Shown: positions 52,207 through 63,122 of the stretch, piece by piece
How positions within the stretch are numbered: the stretch's first letter is position 1
Layout: the number at the start of each line of letters is the position of its first letter
Assembly (NCBI GenBank): GCA_913040915.1
Contig: CAJWHW010000002.1
Span: 43,227 to 107,226, forward strand
Reading direction: 5' to 3'
DNA length: 64,000 nucleotides
Source: an uncultured Fidelibacterota bacterium
GTDB taxonomy: Bacteria > Fidelibacterota > Marinisomatia > Marinisomatales > UBA1611
The notes under the pieces: model-generated
Told to the model about the DNA's origin: nothing
Seen by the model: only the letters and a program-made list of their open reading frames with translations
Database searches by the model: none
Made by a program: the position numbers and the translations under genes

Positions 52207-54527
52207 TGACTGAAACAAACAATAAAAACCCATTTATTCAATACTTTTTATTGAACAAATTTTGGCCTCAATATCTAATTATTATCGGACTGATTTTTTT
52301 GATTTCAATATTGTTCCCCTTAGGTAAATCTTTGAAATACTCATATCAATTGAACGATATCACGCAAGAACCAATTATTGCACCATTTACGTTTCCAATT
52401 CTAAAATCTGAACAAAAGCTTCAAAAAGATTTAGAAGATCAAAAAAAATCTGTACCATTTATATTTAATCGTGTTGGAAAAGTAGTAAGCAACCAGTCTG
52501 CAGAAATAAATGAATTCTTTGCTATGGTAAATGAACTACGATTTGCAAGTTGGCGGTTAGATGAGTCTAGGAGATTAGTTTACGAACGTCGCTATCATAG
52601 ACAATATGAAAAAGCACGATCAGTATTTTTTTCTGATAGTGCAAATCTGGCTATTCTAACAAATGAATTTTATCGACTTTACTCCTTTACTTTAGATAAA
52701 CCTAATTGGTCCAAATATATTACCCCTGAGCAGGATCCGAAGAATATGAAAGATCTTGACAAAAATAAAAATCATGTAATGCAAATCTGCCGAAACCGTT
52801 GGACAGAAGGTATCTATGATATTAATCTAAAAGATATAGCAAGTTCTCAAGTCACTGTAAATCAAAGTGATGTGCCAGATTTAGCAACTCCGGAATCATT
52901 CAATGATCTACAAGCCGCGTGGACCAAAGCAAGAAAAGAATTGTTATTACTATTCCCAGAAGGAGATGTATTCCGTGACTTAGGATATGACTTAATTGTA
53001 GAATTCATGAAACCCAATCTATTATTTGAACGAGAGATTACCGAACGTCGTCAAACTGAAAGCTTAAATAAAGTGCCTCGCAGTCAGGGTGTCGTTTTAG
53101 AAAATGAATTGATTGTAGATGCCAATATTCGAATTACAGATGATGTCCTTCAGAAATTGAATTCCCTTTCTGTTGCTGTTACAAAACAAGAAAAAGGATC
53201 TGGATGGACTAAAATTATAGTGAACTATATAGGCAGGATCATTTTATTATCTGTAGTTGTATCGCTCTTCTTTGCATTTTTAGTTGTATATCGTATTACT
53301 ATTTTTCGTGATTGGAAGAAGGTTCTTTTGATTTCAATTGTTTTTTTATTTCAATTAGGATTAGCGCATATTTTTGTTATTCGATTGGAATGGTCAGAGT
53401 ATTTAATTCCTGTAACAGTTGGGGCTATGACATTAACAATTTTATTTGATGCTCGTATTGGATTTATGGCAACAACCTCTATGGCAATTCTTTTGGGTTT
53501 AATGATGGGCCAAAATATTGACTTAGTGATTGTATCACTATTCACAACAACTATTGCAGTTTATAATATTCGTGAATTAAGAAAAAGAAGTCAGTTGTTT
53601 ATCACCATATTTGCATTAATTGCTGCAAGTGTTTTTGTAGTCATAGGGCTTGGGCTTTTTAAAGAGCATAACTGGACAAAGATGCTGATGGATATTCAGC
53701 TATTAGCGATAAACAGTATTTTAGCACCAATCATTACTTACGGGCTTATAGGATTGTTTGAAATCTTTTTTGAGGTAACTACAGATCTTACTTTAATTGA
53801 ATTACTGGATTATGATCATCCACTTTTAAAACGCGCACAACAAGAGACAAATGGCACATTCAATCATAGTATAGTTGTTGGTAATCTTGCAGAAGCTTGT
53901 GCAAATGCCATTGGGGCACATTCTCTTTTATGCCGAGTTGGTGCCTATTATCATGATATTGGTAAAATGGTGAAGTCTGAATATTTTATTGAAAACCAAT
54001 ATAGTGGTGATAATAAACATGATACATTAACACCTACAATGAGTGCTAAAATTATCCGTGCTCATGTGAAAGAAGGCTTGCGACTTGCAAAGGAATACGG
54101 TTTACCAAAAATTGTTTCAGATTTTATTCCAATGCACCATGGAACAACCCGAGTCGAATATTTTTATAGAATGGCCTTAAAACATTCTAATGAAAATGGT
54201 GATAAAATAGATGAAGGTGCTTTTCGATACCCAGGACCAAAACCAAATACAAAAGAAACCGGAATACTTATGATTTGTGAAGCTGTAGAAGCTGCGGTAC
54301 GTTCCATTAAAGAACCAGATATATTTAAAATTGAAGCCATGATTGATAAGATTATCAAAGGACGTATTGATGATGGTCAGCTTAATGAATGTCCTATAAC
54401 TCTTGATGAATTAAATAAAATTAAAGGCACTATAGATGGAAATTCGGGAATGTTACCTGTTCTACGCGGTATTTACCATATTCGAATTGAATATCCGGAT
54501 GATCCAATGGAAACGCCAGCCACATGA
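52206..54527 (+). CDS. 7TM-HD (HDIG) metal-dependent phosphohydrolase, PgpH-like
   Basis: N-terminal TM and extracellular domain, 7TM region, GTFNHS, YYHDIGK, HHGT, FRYPGPKP. Confidence 0.88.
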   Translation: MTETNNKNPFIQYFLLNKFWPQYLIIIGLIFLISILFPLGKSLKYSYQLNDITQEPIIAPFTFPILKSEQKLQKDLEDQKKSVPFIFNRVGKVVSNQSAEINEFFAMVNELRFASWRLDESRRLVYERRYHRQYEKARSVFFSDSANLAILTNEFYRLYSFTLDKPNWSKYITPEQDPKNMKDLDKNKNHVMQICRNRWTEGIYDINLKDIASSQVTVNQSDVPDLATPESFNDLQAAWTKARKELLLLFPEGDVFRDLGYDLIVEFMKPNLLFEREITERRQTESLNKVPRSQGVVLENELIVDANIRITDDVLQKLNSLSVAVTKQEKGSGWTKIIVNYIGRIILLSVVVSLFFAFLVVYRITIFRDWKKVLLISIVFLFQLGLAHIFVIRLEWSEYLIPVTVGAMTLTILFDARIGFMATTSMAILLGLMMGQNIDLVIVSLFTTTIAVYNIRELRKRSQLFITIFALIAASVFVVIGLGLFKEHNWTKMLMDIQLLAINSILAPIITYGLIGLFEIFFEVTTDLTLIELLDYDHPLLKRAQQETNGTFNHSIVVGNLAEACANAIGAHSLLCRVGAYYHDIGKMVKSEYFIENQYSGDNKHDTLTPTMSAKIIRAHVKEGLRLAKEYGLPKIVSDFIPMHHGTTRVEYFYRMALKHSNENGDKIDEGAFRYPGPKPNTKETGILMICEAVEAAVRSIKEPDIFKIEAMIDKIIKGRIDDGQLNECPITLDELNKIKGTIDGNSGMLPVLRGIYHIRIEYPDDPMETPAT

Positions 54528-54967
54528 TTCAAATCTCAGTAGATTGTGATCCTAAATTGGATTCACCAAATCAAGACTATATTATTAATATTTTAACATT
54601 AGTTTTTAACAACTACAATATTATAGATGGAGATTTAACTCTAATTTTTGGTACAGATGAATTATTATCACAATTAAAAAAAGAATACTTCAAAAAAGAC
54701 CAATTAACAGATGTAATTGCTTTTCGTTTAAATGATTATGAAGAAAATTTAGTAGAGGGGGAAATTTACATCAGTTTACCAAGAGCAGCAGAAAATGCTA
54801 AATTTTTTTGTGAGCAATATGAAAAGGAAGTGGCACGTCTAATTATACATGGCAGTCTACATCTTTTGGGTCATACTGATAAAACGAAAAAAGATAGAGC
54901 TAAAATGACTCAAATAGAAAATGAGTTTTTAGATCAGGTTAATTGGCGAGTACTCTTTGATAATTAA
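54524..54967 (+). CDS. ybeY: rRNA maturation endoribonuclease YbeY
   Basis: TDVIAF, GEIYIS, HGSLHLLG. Confidence 0.9.
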   Translation: MIQISVDCDPKLDSPNQDYIINILTLVFNNYNIIDGDLTLIFGTDELLSQLKKEYFKKDQLTDVIAFRLNDYEENLVEGEIYISLPRAAENAKFFCEQYEKEVARLIIHGSLHLLGHTDKTKKDRAKMTQIENEFLDQVNWRVLFDN

Positions 54968-55750
54968 ATGAATAAACAAAACACAGCAGAAAAATTTATT
55001 GAACTTCTAGAAATTGTAGAAAAACTTCGTGGGCCAGATGGCTGCCCCTGGGACAAAGAGCAAACTCATGCTTCCCTACTACCCTATTTTTTAGAAGAAG
55101 CTTATGAAGTGATAGAGAGTGTGGAGGAGGAAGACTGGAATACATTTGTGGAAGAGTTAGGTGATATTATACTACATGTAATACTTCAATCTCAAATTGC
55201 AATGGAAGACAAAAAATTTAATATGTCTGATATTCTAAAAACTGTTAATGAAAAACTGATTCGTAGGCATCCACATGTTTTTGGTGATAAAAAAATAGAT
55301 GCCGCAATTGAAGCCAAACAAAATTGGGAATTATCAAAACATAAAGAAAAGAATCGGAAGTCCCGTTTGGATGGCGTTCCACCTGCACTCCCAGCCTTAA
55401 CTCGTGCTCAACGGCTACAACAAAAAGCTGCTTATGCTGGCTTCGATTGGGAGCAGGTAGATGATATTTGGTCAAAATTGGATGAAGAGATTGAAGAGCT
55501 CAAATCAGCTCATAAAAATGGTAATATGGATAATGTAAAGGAGGAAATTGGAGATGTACTTTTCTCAGTGGTGAATTTAGCAAGATACATGGATATCCCT
55601 GCTGAAGATATGTTGCGGGCAACCAATAAAAAATTTATATCTAGGTTTCAGAAAATTGAAGAAGTGCTGGAAAAGAAAGGTAAAAAGCTAGAAGACTCTA
55701 CCCTAAAAGAAATGGATGAAATTTGGGATATGGCTAAAGAAGAAAGTTAG
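54968..55750 (+). CDS. mazG: Nucleoside triphosphate pyrophosphohydrolase MazG
   Basis: GCPWDKEQT, EEAYE, EELGD, RRHPHVF, GFDW, EEIGD. Confidence 0.94.
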   Translation: MNKQNTAEKFIELLEIVEKLRGPDGCPWDKEQTHASLLPYFLEEAYEVIESVEEEDWNTFVEELGDIILHVILQSQIAMEDKKFNMSDILKTVNEKLIRRHPHVFGDKKIDAAIEAKQNWELSKHKEKNRKSRLDGVPPALPALTRAQRLQQKAAYAGFDWEQVDDIWSKLDEEIEELKSAHKNGNMDNVKEEIGDVLFSVVNLARYMDIPAEDMLRATNKKFISRFQKIEEVLEKKGKKLEDSTLKEMDEIWDMAKEES

Positions 55751-55898
55751 ATGAAACATATTTTTAAAATAATCATAAATCTATCCTTATCCATTTTAAA
55801 AATAGCTATTACTTCAGTTAAATATTCATCTCACGGCCCTTTGGCAAAGGCTTAGTTAGCATCGTATTATATGATTGCAGGGTTTGAATTACACTTTT

Positions 55899-56324
55899 TT
55901 ATAAATTATTTCCTTGAACTGTTACTAACAATTTTCGAGCAGAACCATGGTTCCTGTGTTCACATAAATATATGCTTTGCCAGGTTCCCAGATTTAATTG
56001 TCCTTTTGTAATGGGAATTGATACTGAAGACCCCAAAATAGATGCTTTTAAATGGGCAGGCATATCATCTGGACCTTCATAGGTGTGCTCGTAATAAGAT
56101 TGATTTTCAGGAGCTAACATATTAAAATGAGATTCAAAATCTGCACGGACTGTTGGGTCAGCATTTTCATTAATGGTTAGAGACGCAGATGTATGTTGTA
56201 TAAAAACGTGAAGAATACCGATAGAAATATTTTTGATTTCGGGGAATTGCTCTACCACATTGTTAGTAATAATATGGAACCCGCGTGAACGAGGAGAGAT
56301 GGTTATACTTTTTTGTATCCACAT
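55899..56324 (-). CDS. yjbQ: YjbQ / UPF0047 family protein
   Basis: QHTSASLTINENADP, HTYEGPDDMPAH, LGTWQ.IYLCEHR. Confidence 0.9.
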   Translation of the reverse strand: MWIQKSITISPRSRGFHIITNNVVEQFPEIKNISIGILHVFIQHTSASLTINENADPTVRADFESHFNMLAPENQSYYEHTYEGPDDMPAHLKASILGSSVSIPITKGQLNLGTWQSIYLCEHRNHGSARKLLVTVQGNNL

Positions 56325-56355
56325 ATTATAGCTTTTTCTTTATCCAAGTTATTTT

Positions 56356-56590
56356 AATACTTTTTCATCTAAATTCCGGAAAAACACCACCTATCCATCT
56401 ATAAAAAGGTTTATCACCAAAGCGATCATAGTCAGCTTTAAAGCCTATTGGAATATGATTTTTTTCAGCAATGGTTATTAGCTGATTTATTGAATGTTTT
56501 TTTCATATTCGGATAATCCATACCGGAAACCCACTTCAGATATTTGCTTGGAAAGTTTGACACATTCTTAGTAGGTATTTTCACTAATGT
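56356..56590 (-). pseudogene. Degraded GNAT-family N-acetyltransferase
   Basis: Hand translation across one frameshift: ECVKLSKQISE...YGLSEYEK / QLITIAEKNHIPIGFKADYDRFGDKPFYRWIGGVFPEFR*KSI, which resembles a GNAT motif A region. Confidence 0.6.
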
Positions 56591-56593
56591 TTA

Positions 56594-57841
56594 TCATGTT
56601 TTCCTTTCTTTTTTTCTGGCTGCTGGGAAAAGGATATTATTCAAAATCAATCGATACCCTGGAGAATTTCGATGTAAAGAAAGGTCAGTTGGTGGGTCAC
56701 CAACAAAATGTTGGTAATCTTCTGGATCATGACCTCCATAAAAAGTAAATGTCCCTTTACCAAAATTTCCATGTAAATATTTCACTTGATCTGATGCTGG
56801 ATCTTCACCCATTAGGACAACATGCTTTTTAATACGATCCTTATGAAATCCTGTTGTTTGTCCCATAAATCCTTTTATCACAGATACATGGTTTTGGGTT
56901 AGCATAGTGGGAACAGGATCATATTTCGCAGAGAATTCAAATAAGGAAAAATAATCTGCTTCTGCACCACGTGTTACCGGGTTATGGCTGGGAGGAAAAT
57001 CAATGTCAGAAAATTCATATACCATAGGATCTGGCATAAGTTTAAATCCTGTAAAAGCAAATGATTGTTTAAAATCGAGTTTTGAATTGAGAGTAGGGTC
57101 TACCGGTGAACCATCAAATACTGTATGAACCCCATCTACATTTTCCATTGATAATGCTAAATCGTATGAATCGGTTGCAGAGCACATAGCAAATAAAAAA
57201 CCACCCTTACCTACATAGTCTTTAATTTTACGGGCAATAAATTTTTTCTGTTTATGAACACTGGAAAAGCCCAATTTTGAGGCCATTGCTTCAAATTGCT
57301 TTTTCTGATCTCTATACCACTGGGCATTATGGTGACTGCGATAAAATTTTCCATATTGTCCTGTAAAGTCCTCATGATGTAGATGAAGCCAGTCATACTC
57401 TTCTAGTTTCCCTAAATATACTTCTTCATCCCATAAAGTTTCATAATCCACTTCTGCATAAGTCAGTGCAAGAGTTACAGCATCATCCCAAGGCTGTTTG
57501 TTGGGTGGTGTATAAATTGCAATTTTTGGTTTTTTTTCTAAGAGAACTATATCCATGTTACCCTGATCAATATCAGAATAAATGTTTACTAAGCTTGCAG
57601 CATCCACCATTTCAAAAGTGACACCACGTATTCTACATTCTGTTTGAACAAATTGATCTGCATTGATTAAAAATGATCCGCCCCTGTAATTCAATAGCCA
57701 TTCTACATTTGTGTTTTTTGTCAATGTAAAATATGCAATACCATATGCTTTTAAATGATCATTTTGAACTTGATCCATGGGAATCAAAAGTTTTTGTCCA
57801 AAGGAAGTAGAAAGAAAAAGAATTAAGAATATTTGTGTCAT
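56594..57841 (-). CDS. Conserved secreted protein with a possible class I glutamine amidotransferase-like domain
   Basis: Signal peptide; QNDHLKAYG, WLLNYRGGSF, WDDAVTLAL, WLHLHHEDFTGQYGKF, GGFLFAMCSA. Family recalled from FCB genomes; it shows none of the AsnB motifs. Confidence 0.75.
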   Translation of the reverse strand: MTQIFLILFLSTSFGQKLLIPMDQVQNDHLKAYGIAYFTLTKNTNVEWLLNYRGGSFLINADQFVQTECRIRGVTFEMVDAASLVNIYSDIDQGNMDIVLLEKKPKIAIYTPPNKQPWDDAVTLALTYAEVDYETLWDEEVYLGKLEEYDWLHLHHEDFTGQYGKFYRSHHNAQWYRDQKKQFEAMASKLGFSSVHKQKKFIARKIKDYVGKGGFLFAMCSATDSYDLALSMENVDGVHTVFDGSPVDPTLNSKLDFKQSFAFTGFKLMPDPMVYEFSDIDFPPSHNPVTRGAEADYFSLFEFSAKYDPVPTMLTQNHVSVIKGFMGQTTGFHKDRIKKHVVLMGEDPASDQVKYLHGNFGKGTFTFYGGHDPEDYQHFVGDPPTDLSLHRNSPGYRLILNNILFPAARKKERKT

Positions 57842-59704
57842 TTAACTTTCAGTTTTTTGCATGGATCGAATGTGAAAACGAATTGGTTCAACAAAAATAG
57901 AGTTAGGAAATTCATCAAGGATTCTCATATAGTGTGCCATAGCTTTATCTGAATCTAAAAATTTAGTTTCATAAATCTGACCTGCTAGTATTATCCCGCG
58001 ATCTGCCATATGAGTATCATTTAAGGACAAAGCTAATGAAATGGCTTGGTCGTATTCTTTCAGACGATAATGTAAAAGACTTTGTCGAAGAATTGCTATA
58101 GGAACAATAGTGGCCGTTGAATCATTCGTAACCAAAAATTCTAACTCTTTTATCGCATCTCCGATTTTACGCTGACGAAGGTACCATTCTGCTCTTAAAA
58201 AATGTTTAAATGATAATATACTAGTCGGATCATTCTCAATGTACTGAGTTATAATATTTTTTAATTCCATTAAGTCATTAAATGAAGGGTCAACCGGGCT
58301 CATAGCAAAAAAGGATTTTTGTACTATTTTTAGCGTTGAATCCGGTTCATCCGCTAAAAAATGTATCAATATTTTTTTCTGTTCAATGGCCGGCAGTGGA
58401 TTCTGTTCTAATTGTCTTTGGAGAAAATCCAGTGCTTTCTGGGATTCGCCTTTAGCCAAATGAATGTCTGCTGTTCGAAGTAATATTTTCAGTTTCAATT
58501 TTTTATCAGGTTTGGACTGTATTGCTTTATTTAGCAATTTATAAGCTTGGTCAAAATCCTGAAGAATTTTAAACTGAATTTCACCCAATCGAAAATAAGC
58601 TTCTGCCAATAATGGTGATGTAGGTAAAGAGACTAAGAGTGAATCATAAAGCGCTAAACATGATTCTAAATGATTTGGTGAGATTTTGGAATAAACCTGA
58701 AAGGGATCCTCAAAGAATATATTATTATCAAAAAAATAAGGAATTAAATATGATTCATTGATAGGTACAATTTGATCTTCAAAGGTTTGTGCTAGTCCCA
58801 GCAATGCTTTCCCTATATATTTCGAATTTAAATTCTGGCTCATAATAAAATTATAGGATTTTATTGATAAATCGTATTGCATCTCACTTCTTAAATCATT
58901 AGCAAATTTGAGCCAATCATTAGAATCAATATTACCCAGTTTTGACAATTCTGCTTTAACCTGGTAAGCTTTCTCATAATACTGTTGCTTAAAATAAAAT
59001 TCACTCAATAGATTGAGAATCAACTTTGGATTTTCTTTTGATGCAGCAATTAGCTTTTTTTCAATGATATCGATTGCATCTTCTTCATCACTCATTTGAA
59101 GTATACGGCGATGAATTATAACATTTTGTCTTGGCTTATTTGTCAGATGGAGGATGAATTGATCTAATGATTTATCATAGACTCTTCGAGACTGATAATA
59201 AACTCCAGCTTCATATGCCATAAATGATTTCCCAAATTTATTTCGGCCTGTTTCCATTAATGAAAGTAATTCCTGATCTAAACTGTAGCGATTAAAAAGT
59301 GAAATCATGATTCGATAATAAGATCGATTATCTTGAAATATTTCTGTGGAAGTTTTCCAAATCGATTTCGCATGACTCAACTTATCATTTAAATAATAAA
59401 ATTCTCCCAATTGTGAGTAAGTCTGGATATCATTGGGAAAAAGAACAAGTTGCTCTTTTAGAAATTGTATACCCTCATTATACCGCTTATTATTTTTATA
59501 TAAAGATTTTAAATCTTTAACAGCTCTTTGATGGTTCGGAATTTTTTGAATAATATCTGCATAGATAGCGATAGCACCGTCAATATCACCTTTTCGCTCC
59601 AACATTTTTGCCGTTTTTAACGAACCATTTATTGAAGGGGTATTCTGGCCTAATAAGAAGGTAAAGCTACCAAAAACTAGAAGTTTCAATAAATTATTCT
59701 TCAT
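57842..59704 (-). CDS. Secreted tetratricopeptide-repeat protein
   Basis: Signal peptide; repeated TPR-like helices (AEAYFRLGEI, A.A.Y..IL..FP.S.F). Confidence 0.8.
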   Translation of the reverse strand: MKNNLLKLLVFGSFTFLLGQNTPSINGSLKTAKMLERKGDIDGAIAIYADIIQKIPNHQRAVKDLKSLYKNNKRYNEGIQFLKEQLVLFPNDIQTYSQLGEFYYLNDKLSHAKSIWKTSTEIFQDNRSYYRIMISLFNRYSLDQELLSLMETGRNKFGKSFMAYEAGVYYQSRRVYDKSLDQFILHLTNKPRQNVIIHRRILQMSDEEDAIDIIEKKLIAASKENPKLILNLLSEFYFKQQYYEKAYQVKAELSKLGNIDSNDWLKFANDLRSEMQYDLSIKSYNFIMSQNLNSKYIGKALLGLAQTFEDQIVPINESYLIPYFFDNNIFFEDPFQVYSKISPNHLESCLALYDSLLVSLPTSPLLAEAYFRLGEIQFKILQDFDQAYKLLNKAIQSKPDKKLKLKILLRTADIHLAKGESQKALDFLQRQLEQNPLPAIEQKKILIHFLADEPDSTLKIVQKSFFAMSPVDPSFNDLMELKNIITQYIENDPTSILSFKHFLRAEWYLRQRKIGDAIKELEFLVTNDSTATIVPIAILRQSLLHYRLKEYDQAISLALSLNDTHMADRGIILAGQIYETKFLDSDKAMAHYMRILDEFPNSIFVEPIRFHIRSMQKTES

Positions 59705-62700
59705 TATAGTTATCTAATGATTTCTGTACGGTTTTGATCTGACTTAGTGAATTGAAGTATCGTTTAATCATAGTCTGGTTCTCCCGGGAATATCCTGCAT
59801 TAATAGCTTTATTTAAAGCCTGAAGCGCTAGATTTTGTCTTTGACCTAAATCAGCTGGTAAACCTCCAGGCCCTTCATAAAAAACAGATCCATCTGCAAC
59901 TGTTGATTTTCTCTCATCATCAAATCCTCTCTGAGTCATAGAAGTCTGACTATCCAGCATTCTAGTTAAAATTCGCTGTTGCCTTTCTTTAGTTTTTCGA
60001 TTGAATATATTCTTTTGCAAATCTTTGATTACCTCATCCATTTCTTTACCAATTCCGCTCAAATCACCCATCCCCTTCTGTCCTGAGTGCCGCATTTCAT
60101 TCATCATTTTCTCTAGTGATTTACGCAAGCCTTGTTGTTTTTGAAGCATTTGCTGTAACATTTGTTGTTGTGCTGCTGCTGCCATTTGACCTAAACTTAG
60201 TTGCATACCCTGTTGGTTCAAGCTCTGCTGCTGACCTGCCATTTGTTGCATCATTTGTAAAAACTGTTCGTACCCACTGGCAGATCCTGCCTGTTGCATA
60301 CTTTGTATACTGTTAAATAAGCCTAATGCAGTTTCATTGAGTCCCTCCATGGCAGCTTTCTGGTTTTGTCGGGCTTGGCTGATATTTCGATCCGTTAATT
60401 TATTTTTAGCTTCTTGCATTCTTGCATTGGCTTTTCCAATACCTCGCCCGATTTCCGGTGTAATTGCAAAAGTTTGTTTGGATAATTCCATCATTTGATT
60501 TGTAATAGACTGTAATTGATCCTGTAACAATTGTTGACGCGCTGCAAATTCTCGTAATCTAGGTGAATTTCTAGAAGCTAACTTTACATCTGAACGTAAT
60601 TGTTCTTCCTCAGATGAGATGTAAAGTATATCCTGCATAATCAATTGAAATTCCACCGTCATTTTTGATACAGTTTCTTGTTGAAACTGTTGTTTTATTT
60701 GCATCAATTGTTCTATCATTACTTCCATATTTTGAAGCGCTTTCTGACTGGATTCTTTTGCCATTTGCATTTTTTGATTTGATAGATTTTGCATTGTTTT
60801 CATTATTGCCTTTTCTGTGTGTTCCGTTAGATCTGCATGAGCTATTTCTGCTAAATTCTGTGCTGTATTTTGGCTATAAGGTTCTACAAGTTCAGATGCT
60901 TCTCGCATCAATGATTTTACATTTGTAAATTCTTCTAAATTTCTTTTTTCCTCCTGCTCTAATCTTGCTAATGTCGATTTGTCTATAAAATTATCTGTTT
61001 GATTTATCTTCTCATCTAGTGCTATTTGCTGGTTATACAATTGCTGCATTCGATTCTGAAGCTCATCCATTTTTTGTTCCGCTTGTAATCGTTTAAAAAT
61101 GTCAAGATAACGATCCAAACCCTGCTCAATCTGATCTAAATTTTCTGCAAGACTATTGAGAGATTCCTGAAGTTTTTTCATGTCCATTTCTTCTAAGGCT
61201 TGCTTAAGGTCATTCATATTATTAAGCATTTCATTAGGAATTATATCTCGAATTAATTCTGATAATTCTTTGAATTTATCCAATAAATCGGATGAAAAAA
61301 GTTTATGTTTTTGGGCCTGTTCTGTAACAAGGTCTATTGCTGCGGCCATTTTTTCTAGATTAGCTAATTCATCCTTTGCATTTTCAAGAGAGTTTTTTAC
61401 AGATTGTTGTTGATTCCAATCCATTTCTTTTGTTTTTAATGCTTCCAACTCAAGAGCATCAAACTGGTTCTTTAATTCTTGAAATTCATCCATGCTGGAT
61501 GATACTTCTTCAATGAAATCTAATTCGTTATTTTCAGCTGTTTCATATAGATCTGCCAATGAAGGCACACGAGCAATGAAGGTAGATGATATAGTCTTTT
61601 TGGGACCGGAAACCTCATCATTATCCATAAGTTCGAAATGGAAGTGTACTTCATCTTCAGGCATAAGTACCATATCATTCAATTCCCATAATGTCTGAAG
61701 TGATTGCACTGTCGTATCAGAATTTAATTCGTAGATTGGAAACATTGACACATAGGGGTCAGCCTGTAAGTAGGATGGGCGCCGAATTTCATAAGCAACC
61801 TGCAACTCCGTAAACCCGTAATCATCCTCAATTTCCAAATGAATCGGAATTGATTGATTACTACCCAGCTCTATAACAGGTGATGGCTGGATAACTAAAA
61901 GACTGGGATCAAGATCGGGAATGATCTCCAGCGAATAAGGTACAGGGTCACGGTTTGTAATACCACGCTGGTCAACTATATTAATTGAAAAACTCCCTTC
62001 TTTCATTAATGAAAAATATCCAGATGCCGAACGATTGGTTGATGTGAGAGTAGATTTTTCCCCGTTGATATCTAGATAAGCGGATTCCAAGATTCTGTTA
62101 GATGAAAGGTAAATTTGCACCTTAGACCCCTTTAATCCCTGAATCACTGCAATATTACCTTCTTGGGTTTCCGTTTCTAATTTGCTGTAAGTTGGAGGGA
62201 TAACACTAATGAGAAAAGATTCAAATATAGGACGATCTGTTACAAAAATTGTATCTGAATTGGATGTGACTTTTCCCCATCCTTCCCAAAAATGATTAGC
62301 TTTAACTATAGCCTCGTAAGCATAATCCTGGAATAATTCAGGAAGAGTAAACTTATAAAATCCGTTTGAATCCCGTGCAGATGAAAATACTAGGGTTAAC
62401 AAGTCCCGTTCATTCATTGCAGTCTGGATTGGGTTTAAGTGTAGAGAGACAGAATCTGGTTCAGCATCGTACGATTGTATTTTAATCTCTGCTTTTTCTC
62501 CTCCTAATATATGAATACTACCTGTCAAACTCTGGAGAGAAAATGGTTTTGGTGCATGAAATTCTTGTTTCGGATGAGCCCATCTATAAAATGCATTTGC
62601 AGCATTATTGTATTGAAGAGAAAAAATAAGAACTAAAAAAACCCAAGTTCCCAGAAGACCCATTTTTAATTTGTTAATTTTTGGATCCTGTAAAAGAAAG

Positions 62701-63122
62701 AAGTAATCCAGTTTCATTAGTTTTTCAGAAACCTTGTTTACATAGGAATCTACTAGCTCTTTTGATTCATTTTTCTCTGCAGCTGATTCCAATTGATAAG
62801 CATTAATAATTGTGTCATGTTTATCTGGGAATGCAGCCTGACCTAAACGCAGAGATAATATTTCAATTTTATATCGCTTTAATAAATTTCTTTGTGATCT
62901 AAAATAGCGGTAAATCCAAAAAAGAAAATATAATCCGAATAAACCAAGAATGGTAAAAAGAACTCTGAGTTTAATAAATGGTAAAAAATAATAAATAGTT
63001 TCAAGTTCTATAAATAATAAAAATATAATTGAGGACCAGATCGTCAAACAAATCAAACTGGCAAGAAAATCTTGCCAGAAAAGGATAGACCTGGCAGTTA
63101 AAATATGATTTTTAATTTGCAT
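59694..63122 (-). CDS. DUF4175-like membrane-anchored coiled-coil protein
   Basis: N-terminal TM helices, beta-rich middle (PP.Y, DDYG, DNDEVSGPK), long Gln/Met-rich coiled coil, RQQRILTRMLD. Confidence 0.75.
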   Translation of the reverse strand: MQIKNHILTARSILFWQDFLASLICLTIWSSIIFLLFIELETIYYFLPFIKLRVLFTILGLFGLYFLFWIYRYFRSQRNLLKRYKIEILSLRLGQAAFPDKHDTIINAYQLESAAEKNESKELVDSYVNKVSEKLMKLDYFFLLQDPKINKLKMGLLGTWVFLVLIFSLQYNNAANAFYRWAHPKQEFHAPKPFSLQSLTGSIHILGGEKAEIKIQSYDAEPDSVSLHLNPIQTAMNERDLLTLVFSSARDSNGFYKFTLPELFQDYAYEAIVKANHFWEGWGKVTSNSDTIFVTDRPIFESFLISVIPPTYSKLETETQEGNIAVIQGLKGSKVQIYLSSNRILESAYLDINGEKSTLTSTNRSASGYFSLMKEGSFSINIVDQRGITNRDPVPYSLEIIPDLDPSLLVIQPSPVIELGSNQSIPIHLEIEDDYGFTELQVAYEIRRPSYLQADPYVSMFPIYELNSDTTVQSLQTLWELNDMVLMPEDEVHFHFELMDNDEVSGPKKTISSTFIARVPSLADLYETAENNELDFIEEVSSSMDEFQELKNQFDALELEALKTKEMDWNQQQSVKNSLENAKDELANLEKMAAAIDLVTEQAQKHKLFSSDLLDKFKELSELIRDIIPNEMLNNMNDLKQALEEMDMKKLQESLNSLAENLDQIEQGLDRYLDIFKRLQAEQKMDELQNRMQQLYNQQIALDEKINQTDNFIDKSTLARLEQEEKRNLEEFTNVKSLMREASELVEPYSQNTAQNLAEIAHADLTEHTEKAIMKTMQNLSNQKMQMAKESSQKALQNMEVMIEQLMQIKQQFQQETVSKMTVEFQLIMQDILYISSEEEQLRSDVKLASRNSPRLREFAARQQLLQDQLQSITNQMMELSKQTFAITPEIGRGIGKANARMQEAKNKLTDRNISQARQNQKAAMEGLNETALGLFNSIQSMQQAGSASGYEQFLQMMQQMAGQQQSLNQQGMQLSLGQMAAAAQQQMLQQMLQKQQGLRKSLEKMMNEMRHSGQKGMGDLSGIGKEMDEVIKDLQKNIFNRKTKERQQRILTRMLDSQTSMTQRGFDDERKSTVADGSVFYEGPGGLPADLGQRQNLALQALNKAINAGYSRENQTMIKRYFNSLSQIKTVQKSLDNYNEE

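Noticed and set aside
55751..55855. 34-codon ORF directly after mazG
   Set aside because: No recognisable similarity or separate RBS; cannot be supported.
56594..57841. Treating this gene as a second asparagine synthetase B, a label I recall being attached to this family
   Set aside because: No N-terminal Cys, no SGGLDS motif, and it carries a signal peptide.
524..61698. Numerous 60-140 aa antisense or out-of-frame ORFs in the track (e.g. 3348-3731, 9733-10158, 26081-26473, 31166-31552, 45729-46076)
   Set aside because: Shadow ORFs overlapping well-supported genes, with no motifs of their own.
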